Of a stretch of DNA of 64,000 bases, positions 57,181 through 64,000 are shown in pieces. The notes beneath the pieces were generated by a model that saw only the letters and a program-made list of their open reading frames with translations, was not told where the DNA came from and did no database searches. Position 1 is the first letter of the stretch; every line of letters begins with the position of its first letter. This stretch comes from a virus, in IMG/VR virus record IMGVR_UViG_3300037042_003533, positions 1 through 64,000 of that record; one strand, written 5' to 3'. Both the position numbers and the translations under genes were made by a program.

Positions 57181-58131
57181 TCACTCATTATCTTCTCCAA
57201 AATCATCCCACATCTCAGCCATCTCACCCAAATCCCCCCTCTTGCCGATGTATTTCTCGGTGACGACAGAGGAACTGTGACCCAAATCATCTCTCACCGT
57301 CTCAATGCTCGCTCCCCCTAACCTGCTGACCAGAGCATGACTACGCCGCAGGTCGTGAGGAGCAACACCAAATCCACACAGGGTTGAGTATTCTGTTACA
57401 ATACGGTAAATGGTCTGAGTCGTAATCTTGCCTCTCTTATTCCCATGGCGGTCATAAGACTGAATAATCCGTGCATCCTTGTCCCATGGCTCTATACAGT
57501 ATTCCACCAACATTTTATACACCCAAGCAGGCAGATTGACTGTTCTGATCCGCCCGTGTTTGCCTCGGATGTCAGCAATAACGAACAACTCTCCATCTCT
57601 GCGTATCTGGCCCCAAGTCAGGTTGCAAACTTCCGACCGTCGCAAGCCACAGCCCACCAGCAACCCTAGCACTGCTCGATCCCGCAGGCCAAGCGCTGTA
57701 GTAGGGTCTGGAGCAAAACACAGGATTTCTAGTTGACTTTTAGATAGCCGCGTCCCATAAACATCCCCATGCTGGGGGATATTGCGGATGTTTTTGATGG
57801 CTATGCTGACTTCATGGTTGAAGGGCCAGCCGGTCTTGCCAATACCTAACGTAGCAGCAACTTCGAACAGCCGCCGAATGGAGGACAGTTTCTTGTTGAC
57901 AGTTGCCGGTTTGAGCTTCATATCCTCAGAGAGATACTTCCGATAGCCGGTAACAGCCGCGATGGGGTTATTAGTTCCTGATCGTAGCCACCACTGAAGA
58001 AACTCATCCACTGAAGGGCCATAGGAAAGACCAGTCAAGGCACTCACACTGTTAAGTAGAGTTTCCTTGACTGGCTCCCAGAAGGTTAAAAAGTTCTGTT
58101 CTTGTTCTGATTCGTAAACGGTGATGCTCAT
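57181..58131 (-). CDS. Tyrosine recombinase/integrase (XerD-like)
   Basis: T.N..LS.IR, RDRA.L..L..CGLRRSE, GK, HDLRRS, LGHSS...T..Y. Confidence 0.95.
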   Translation of the reverse strand: MSITVYESEQEQNFLTFWEPVKETLLNSVSALTGLSYGPSVDEFLQWWLRSGTNNPIAAVTGYRKYLSEDMKLKPATVNKKLSSIRRLFEVAATLGIGKTGWPFNHEVSIAIKNIRNIPQHGDVYGTRLSKSQLEILCFAPDPTTALGLRDRAVLGLLVGCGLRRSEVCNLTWGQIRRDGELFVIADIRGKHGRIRTVNLPAWVYKMLVEYCIEPWDKDARIIQSYDRHGNKRGKITTQTIYRIVTEYSTLCGFGVAPHDLRRSHALVSRLGGASIETVRDDLGHSSSVVTEKYIGKRGDLGEMAEMWDDFGEDNE

Positions 58132-58171
58132 GATAAATTCCTTGTATGTTATAGATTTATTATCTATTTAC

Positions 58172-58200
58172 AGTATAACATACAAGGGCCAGCTTGTCAA
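58172..58200 (-). promoter_or_regulatory. Consensus promoter of the recombinase, overlapping a 14-bp inverted repeat
   Basis: TTGACA-17bp-TATACT; CCTTGTATGTTATA 58140-58153 and TATAACATACAAGG 58174-58187. Confidence 0.85.
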
Positions 58201-58371
58201 GAATCTTCTATTTCCTTAGTTTCTTTTTCAAGAGCTTCTTTAATCACAGCAATCAACCAGAAAGCATTTACAGGCTCCGTAAACCTAACTTCATATTCAT
58301 AACAAAGGTTGTCAGAGGTTGCTTGAAATGGGCTTGCGGATACCTCAAACAATATCTTAGCCATTATTTCC

Positions 58372-58668
58372 TCACTTAGTCTTCAGAAACTTCTCCATAG
58401 CATCATGGTCAAGTAGCCGTTCAATAATCAACACACCAGAGCTGCTGATGTTAAACAGGAACCGCCAGCCCTGATTTCCCTGTGTGACATAGCCCAACCA
58501 AGCTGTTTCCATACTGTGCTTGACCTTATGGGCGCACACTGAGGGAAGTAGGGTCTTAGTCAGTACAATATTCCTAATAGCTTTGTTGAAGCGCTTCTGA
58601 ATATCGTCTGGCACACGATCCCAATCTGTCCAAAATTCATCACTAAAAATAATATCTTTAATCTTCAT
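58372..58668 (-). CDS. RelE/ParE-fold protein
   Basis: I.FS..F..D....P..IQ.R, P....HKV, WRFLF, L.I....DHD. Confidence 0.65.
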   Translation of the reverse strand: MKIKDIIFSDEFWTDWDRVPDDIQKRFNKAIRNIVLTKTLLPSVCAHKVKHSMETAWLGYVTQGNQGWRFLFNISSSGVLIIERLLDHDAMEKFLKTK

Positions 58669-59266
58669 TGTTATAATTCCAATCTAACCAATATAACTGA
58701 GTAGGGTACTTGTTCCGTAAGCCAGAACACCATTTTATTAACATGTATGCGGTAGCGTCTGTTCTACGATCCCCTGTGAAAGAAGGTCGCTTGCTTAGCA
58801 CCCAAACTTCTGAAGGGGGGAACTCTTTCCACAATCCCCCTCCCCTCTTTTGCCCTTCCAAGAAGTTCAGCCGCAGTAGGAAGATAATGTCACCATTTCT
58901 TCGAAGAAGGCTGTGACTCTTCCAGATAAACTCCTCTGCCAACCTGTAGGGAGGATTTCCTACAATCAAATCATAAGGCGCATTAAACTTAGATTTTTCT
59001 TCTAGGAAGTCCTGTTTGAATATTGCGTTGTAAATTTTCCCCATCTCAATTTGAGGAGATATGTCAACGCCGTCTATGTAAACTTGGGAATATATCTCTC
59101 TGGCAGCTTGCCCCCAAACACCTGTCCCACAACCTGGGTCTAGAACGTTACGAGGGGAAGTGAGTGTTGATAAATCCACCCCTGCCCGGCACAACTCAAT
59201 GGGCGTGGGGTAGTGATCGTTTTTTTCTCTAGGTCTCAAAGTTTTGGTCGTCTGAATAATAGACAT
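58658..59266 (-). CDS. DNA N6-adenine methyltransferase
   Basis: D.YPTP, LDPGCGTG, GNPPY, LRLNFLEG..R, RPSFT. Confidence 0.9.
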   Translation of the reverse strand: MSIIQTTKTLRPREKNDHYPTPIELCRAGVDLSTLTSPRNVLDPGCGTGVWGQAAREIYSQVYIDGVDISPQIEMGKIYNAIFKQDFLEEKSKFNAPYDLIVGNPPYRLAEEFIWKSHSLLRRNGDIIFLLRLNFLEGQKRGGGLWKEFPPSEVWVLSKRPSFTGDRRTDATAYMLIKWCSGLRNKYPTQLYWLDWNYNNED

Positions 59267-60101
59267 CGTTTAATTCCTCGCTTTCTCGGATCATAGTTAC
59301 ATGTTCATCTAAAGTTATCCCCAGCATCTCCATCAGTTTATCCAGGGCTCTGTGTTTCAGTCCATAACTATCCTCAAAATACCCTTGCCAGTTCAATTCA
59401 CCTATCTCGGCTTCATTACCATTCTCGTAAGCCACCAGAACTGGCCCCTCCATCCTGAACCGTAAGCTGAGCTGGATAGGCCGATCTGCCTGCTCGTTCA
59501 CCTCGTAAACACTCTTTACCATCTGAGAAGAACTTACATGATCATCTGACATCATGGTCCACAATTGTCGGGTCATTTTACCCTGCTCAGCCAGGGGCAC
59601 TGCTACCTTCAGTTTAGCCAGGGTAGATTTGGTAGGGTCCCACTCTACTTGGGTGGTAAGGGCCCTGCCGTTCTCATCTTTCTGAATCTGCCCGGACACA
59701 TCCCGCATGGGCACATCAATCATCCCAAAGGGTTTGACTGTGTTATTGTTGAGCAGAAAGACCCGCACGGCCCGTAGGTCAGACCGGATAGTAGATGGGC
59801 GGCGCGAATATCTTCGAAAGGCCAGAGTTAAAAAATCACCACCATATTGTGCTTTCCACTCCTCATCCAACTCGGCCCAATGATCCTCCACAATGGCTAA
59901 CAAAACAGCCTCAATAACCGAGAGGCCATTCCCTAGTCCATGTATAGTATCGAGTATCGAGATACATTCATCTCGCCATGCTACTGTAGGCTCAAAGGTG
60001 CTGTTAAATCGCAAAACATCAGATAGAACTCGTTTTGTTATTAACTCCGAACCCTGTGTGTAAAGTGCTCTACCTAAGATTTCTTTTACGTTGCGATCCA
60101 C
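59229..60101 (-). CDS. Hypothetical protein in replication operon
   Basis: 290-aa ORF tightly packed between PolA and the methyltransferase. Confidence 0.7.
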   Translation of the reverse strand: MDRNVKEILGRALYTQGSELITKRVLSDVLRFNSTFEPTVAWRDECISILDTIHGLGNGLSVIEAVLLAIVEDHWAELDEEWKAQYGGDFLTLAFRRYSRRPSTIRSDLRAVRVFLLNNNTVKPFGMIDVPMRDVSGQIQKDENGRALTTQVEWDPTKSTLAKLKVAVPLAEQGKMTRQLWTMMSDDHVSSSQMVKSVYEVNEQADRPIQLSLRFRMEGPVLVAYENGNEAEIGELNWQGYFEDSYGLKHRALDKLMEMLGITLDEHVTMIRESEELNDVYYSDDQNFET

Positions 60102-60106
60102 GATTT

Positions 60107-61858
60107 TTATACCTTATCCCAAGTTTTAGCAACCCCAGCATCTGCCGGAATAGATACATCCGGGCATATTTCGTGAGCTGCGCTTTCCATAGCCCCTACT
60201 AAGTTATACATCACTTCATCTGCAATTTTATCAGGAGCTTCCAATACAATCTCGTCATGAATGACAAGCACGGGTTTTACACCTTCTATACCTTTATAAT
60301 ACTCCCGAATCTTGATAAGCGCAAGCTTCCCGATGTCCGCCGAAGTACCCTGCACAGGGGTATTAACTGCCTGGCTTGCAAATTTCCAGTATTCATCCGG
60401 CCTTGTTCCTGTAACCTCTGGGAAGTACCGCCGCCTACCCCACAGGGTTGTAACGTAACCAGATTTAATCAAATTCTCTAACTGTTTGTCAGCATATATC
60501 CTCATACCTGGGTAAGTAGAAAAAATCATCATACGTAACTTCTCTGCTTCGTCTTCTGTTGTACCCAGCACTGCTGCCAGTTTTGTTTTCCTCGCGCCAT
60601 AAGCACAGGCTAGAACCGCTGTCTTTACCAAGAACCTACGCTCAGAACCTTTTTCCACATCCTCATTGAACACTTGTTTGGCAATCATGGTATATACATC
60701 ACCAGATTCACAGGCTGTTCGAAGATTAGGATCACCACATATTTGAGCAAAGACCCTTGCTTCCTGTTGGCTATAATCTGCTATAATTAGATTACAGCCC
60801 TCGGCACCTTTGAAAAGGTGTCTGAAATTAGGATCACCCTCTTTAGGTCTTGGTGTCTGCTGTAAGTTGGGCCCGGAACAACTAAACCTACCGGTTTCCG
60901 CGTTTAAGGGGTTCCAAGACGGGTGAATTCTCCCAGTAACCGGGTTTACATCTTGATCATAGCCCCAACTTACTTTCTTGCGCCAGTCTTTCCATGCAAT
61001 CACCTGCCCCAGTAAATTAGCCTGCTCAGTGCCCGCGTGCTTCTCTACGTAAGCTTGGAAGGTTGCTTCACGAGTATCCTTGACGTTAATTCCATGCTTA
61101 TCCAGCAACCCCTTAAGTTGCTTCACAGAATTCAGATTGATGTCTAACTCTACCTCGCCGAAGAAAGAGGTTGCGTACCCGCAACCGGTAATCCCCATGA
61201 TACTCTTTTTTATCTCTTCTAGCCTTCGGTTAATCCACTCCATGTGGGAAGCCCACAACTCTTTATCAAACCCCACACCGGCCAGATACATATCCACCAC
61301 AGTCAGCATAGCCTTGTTCTCAAGCCCGGCAATCTTGCCCAAGCCCGCACTACTGATCTCCTTGACCTGCTGCTCTCGCAGGGCAGGGAGGTGAATAACA
61401 TCGTTTGCAGCATAGGCTATCTGCTCCTCAGTCAGTTCCCCTCTGTGGGACATAAACTGAGACCGGGTGGATTTATCCATGTAAATGCCTAGCTGAGCCA
61501 GGCAATCATCCAGACCATGCCTCATGCCTCTTCCCGCATGAATCATACGACTCATCAGCAGGCTATCTGAGATATTGACCGGATCAGCTTCTAGCTGATA
61601 GACAAGAAATGAAGCGTCGAATATGGCATTGTGAATTATTTTCTTCTTGGTTGGGTCATTAACCAGTCCCACTACTGACCTAAAATTACCGTCAGGCGGG
61701 ATAATCCACACATCCGTGCCATCACTGACCGCAATGCTTACGATCCTATCTTGGAATGGGTTCGAGATAGAGTTGCCAGGTGTGCTGGTGGTCTCGATGT
61801 CTAACGCCACCACCCTACTCTCGATATTGGGTAAATCATGAACAACTTGTATAGTCAT
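60107..61858 (-). CDS. polA: DNA polymerase family A with 3'-5' exonuclease
   Basis: LDIET, HNAIFD, YAANDV, TGRFS..PNLQQ, ADYSQQE, K...L...YG, QGTSAD, IHDE. Confidence 0.95.
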   Translation of the reverse strand: MTIQVVHDLPNIESRVVALDIETTSTPGNSISNPFQDRIVSIAVSDGTDVWIIPPDGNFRSVVGLVNDPTKKKIIHNAIFDASFLVYQLEADPVNISDSLLMSRMIHAGRGMRHGLDDCLAQLGIYMDKSTRSQFMSHRGELTEEQIAYAANDVIHLPALREQQVKEISSAGLGKIAGLENKAMLTVVDMYLAGVGFDKELWASHMEWINRRLEEIKKSIMGITGCGYATSFFGEVELDINLNSVKQLKGLLDKHGINVKDTREATFQAYVEKHAGTEQANLLGQVIAWKDWRKKVSWGYDQDVNPVTGRIHPSWNPLNAETGRFSCSGPNLQQTPRPKEGDPNFRHLFKGAEGCNLIIADYSQQEARVFAQICGDPNLRTACESGDVYTMIAKQVFNEDVEKGSERRFLVKTAVLACAYGARKTKLAAVLGTTEDEAEKLRMMIFSTYPGMRIYADKQLENLIKSGYVTTLWGRRRYFPEVTGTRPDEYWKFASQAVNTPVQGTSADIGKLALIKIREYYKGIEGVKPVLVIHDEIVLEAPDKIADEVMYNLVGAMESAAHEICPDVSIPADAGVAKTWDKV

Positions 61859-61892
61859 ATTCTCTCCTATAATTACACCTCATGAGTCGTAA

Positions 61893-63404
61893 TTAGAAAT
61901 CTCCAAAACTAGTATCTCTTATCGCCACCACCTTAGCAGACGTGCCATTGATGCTTTCGGTAACTTCCTTCAGGTGGTCAAACACCAAATCACTCCGAAC
62001 CAGTGGGTCTGTGTACTGAGTGCATTCAGGATTCCAGTTTAGCCTCACAGAGCCCAAACTCCCGTAACGACACTTCTGAACAAACAACGTTACATGATGC
62101 TCACTTACACCTTCTATTTGAGCATATTTCATGCCAGCAGCCTTCATATAAAGAGGATTCCAAACTTCCATAATAGAATCTGCTGCATGTTGTATAGCTT
62201 TTGAATATCTTGGGCCTCCTGGACCCGCAGGATAGATGGTTTTAGACTCCCCGCTGTATGTTGTTTGACTAATGATTGTTACATTAGCTCCTGTTACTCT
62301 GGCTAAACGTAAATGCTCGTGAATAATATGATCGAGTTTCTGTTCTTTATTGTCCCCCTTGTCACTATCAAATAACTCAATATAGTCGGCGGAACATTTC
62401 CGAACAGGCCCCCATTCTGATGTATGAAGACCCTCAGTTGCAAACTGCATGGCTGAAGTGGTTAAAAAATTTGTCTGGTCTATATAAACAGGCAAAGTAG
62501 CTACGAACTCCAGCCATTTTGATAATCTATTAAAATCCTCGTCAGATAATCCGTCTAGGTAATTAAGTTTACTAGTATCTACTCCCGCTAGTAGAGCAGC
62601 AAACCTTCCAGTAAGCCGCTCTTGTGGCATTTCTAAAGAGAACTCAGCCACACAGCCAGGAATGTTATTCATCCTAAGCCCAATAGCAATACCTAAATCA
62701 CTTTGATGCACAAGAGCACTTTTTCCCGCCCCACTCAAGCCGTGTACTACAGTTAAATCACCAGCAGCAAAAAATCCTGCTCCGATCAAACTAGGCATCC
62801 CAGAGGGTAAAAATGTCATTTGCTCCCCTCGGCGTTTCCTATTCCATATTTCTTGAACATTGTTAGCAGCTACTGATATATGTTGTAAACCCCCTGTGCT
62901 GACCTTGAGGGTATTGCGAAAGGCGGCCAGCTTTGTGTTAGCCCAACCATCTATATCATCGATGTGAAGAACTTCCTTCTCGAATCTATCCTGATTACTA
63001 AGACCATCCGCTATATCTGAAGCCTTAGCCATCAGAGCATAAGCACTGCCTACTTTGTCAATAATCTCAGCCCAATGCCGGATGGTTGGTTCATCTACAT
63101 CATACACATGGTATCTATCAGTAACCTGCCCCGCCAGTGCCTGTAAATATAGACGAATATCGTCTGATTTATCTTGTATATGTGACAAGACATTGGGTAT
63201 GTTGACGGTTGATCGGTCTACTAGATAGGTAGTCTCGATTGCCCTCCAGATGTCCCTGTGCTGGTAAGAGCCAAACTTACCATCAGTCCCATAGATATAG
63301 CGATCTGGTGTCAGAGCAGGCAGTACAAGGTTAGCTGCCTCATTGCCATAACGCAGGACGGTTCCGATTAGAAGGCTTTCTATGTCAAACGGTGTTAGAT
63401 TCAC
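61893..63404 (-). CDS. dnaB: DnaB-like replicative helicase
   Basis: GLSGAGKS, FSLEM, DYIEL, ISQ, IQHAAD, K.RYG. Confidence 0.9.
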   Translation of the reverse strand: MNLTPFDIESLLIGTVLRYGNEAANLVLPALTPDRYIYGTDGKFGSYQHRDIWRAIETTYLVDRSTVNIPNVLSHIQDKSDDIRLYLQALAGQVTDRYHVYDVDEPTIRHWAEIIDKVGSAYALMAKASDIADGLSNQDRFEKEVLHIDDIDGWANTKLAAFRNTLKVSTGGLQHISVAANNVQEIWNRKRRGEQMTFLPSGMPSLIGAGFFAAGDLTVVHGLSGAGKSALVHQSDLGIAIGLRMNNIPGCVAEFSLEMPQERLTGRFAALLAGVDTSKLNYLDGLSDEDFNRLSKWLEFVATLPVYIDQTNFLTTSAMQFATEGLHTSEWGPVRKCSADYIELFDSDKGDNKEQKLDHIIHEHLRLARVTGANVTIISQTTYSGESKTIYPAGPGGPRYSKAIQHAADSIMEVWNPLYMKAAGMKYAQIEGVSEHHVTLFVQKCRYGSLGSVRLNWNPECTQYTDPLVRSDLVFDHLKEVTESINGTSAKVVAIRDTSFGDF

Positions 63405-63676
63405 TTTAATCCTGTCCCTTCAATCCAAAATTTAACCTCATCTTCAACTATCTCTTTTGCTGCTTCAATAGATGAGTATAGTTGGTATTCTAAATTAACC
63501 CCAGGTAAGTGAACCATAGCCTGATACTTATCATCAGGTGTAACTTTCATATAATACCAACTCCACCCAACTTCTCCCACCTTAACTGTTCCTAGTATAT
63601 ACTCGTATAAACACTCCCCGTTGCCACTAAATTCCGTTGGGGTATTCTGTAGATATTCAACCCATTTTAGCTTCAT
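63401..63676 (-). CDS. Hypothetical protein, paralog of 2432..2680
   Basis: AAGGAA RBS before ATG 63676; shared motifs. Confidence 0.65.
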   Translation of the reverse strand: MKLKWVEYLQNTPTEFSGNGECLYEYILGTVKVGEVGWSWYYMKVTPDDKYQAMVHLPGVNLEYQLYSSIEAAKEIVEDEVKFWIEGTGLK

Positions 63677-64000
63677 TAAAAATTTCCTTTCGCTAATGAC
63701 CAACTCTCAGCCGTCTGTAACAACACGACAGCCATAGTAGAATAAGAATGTGCTAACTCTAACTGCCTGATTAAATCCTGCCACTCAGAAGCCGTCGTCA
63801 CCTCGAAAGGGTAACTCGAAGCCACACACTGCATCTTGTGACTTACTGACCACCACTTATATCCAGTCTCTTCTAAGATAACCAGCAACTCAATTGCCTT
63901 CTCCCCCTGCCCCAGCGAGACATACTCTAAGATGTCTTTAACCGTTTGGGCATGAGCAGTGTTTTCTATGAATGGGCTTTTACTCACCTGTAACACCTCT

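Noticed and set aside
1-64000. Genome-wide stop-codon reassignment
   Set aside because: Core genes are intact in the standard code and end in all three stop codons

Overview
This window is a 64-kb piece of a tailed dsDNA phage (siphovirus-type morphogenesis genes); it ends inside the replication module, so the genome continues. Layout: (i) 1-1.6 kb mostly non-coding, repeat-rich and strand-skewed; (ii) 1.6-11.7 kb + strand accessory genes (C5 DNA methyltransferase, T4 Rnl1-like RNA ligase, two tRNA-like elements, a nucleotidase/dNTP-diphosphohydrolase fusion, FkbM methyltransferase, lipoprotein, metallophosphoesterase); (iii) 11.8-23.2 kb terminase, portal, protease/scaffold, major capsid; (iv) 23.3-30.6 kb sugar-modification/glycosyltransferase cluster interrupted by an HNH gene; (v) 30.9-36.4 kb putative lysis genes split by an array of small ORFs; (vi) 36.4-51.4 kb neck and tail, with a probable +1 frameshift chaperone and three paralogous receptor-binding proteins; (vii) 51.6-64 kb - strand RuvC, a second small-ORF array, tyrosine recombinase, RelE-like protein, N6A methyltransferase, PolA and DnaB. 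Protein style suggests a Chloroflexota-like host (inference only). The most unusual signals are structured RNAs placed directly behind consensus sigma70 promoters (a ~120-nt three-way junction, two tRNA mimics with abnormal anticodon arms, a ~180-nt possible pseudoknot RNA), and two oppositely oriented small-gene arrays sharing junction repeats and paralogous genes. All calls are by eye from motifs and synteny; no searches or folding programs were run.
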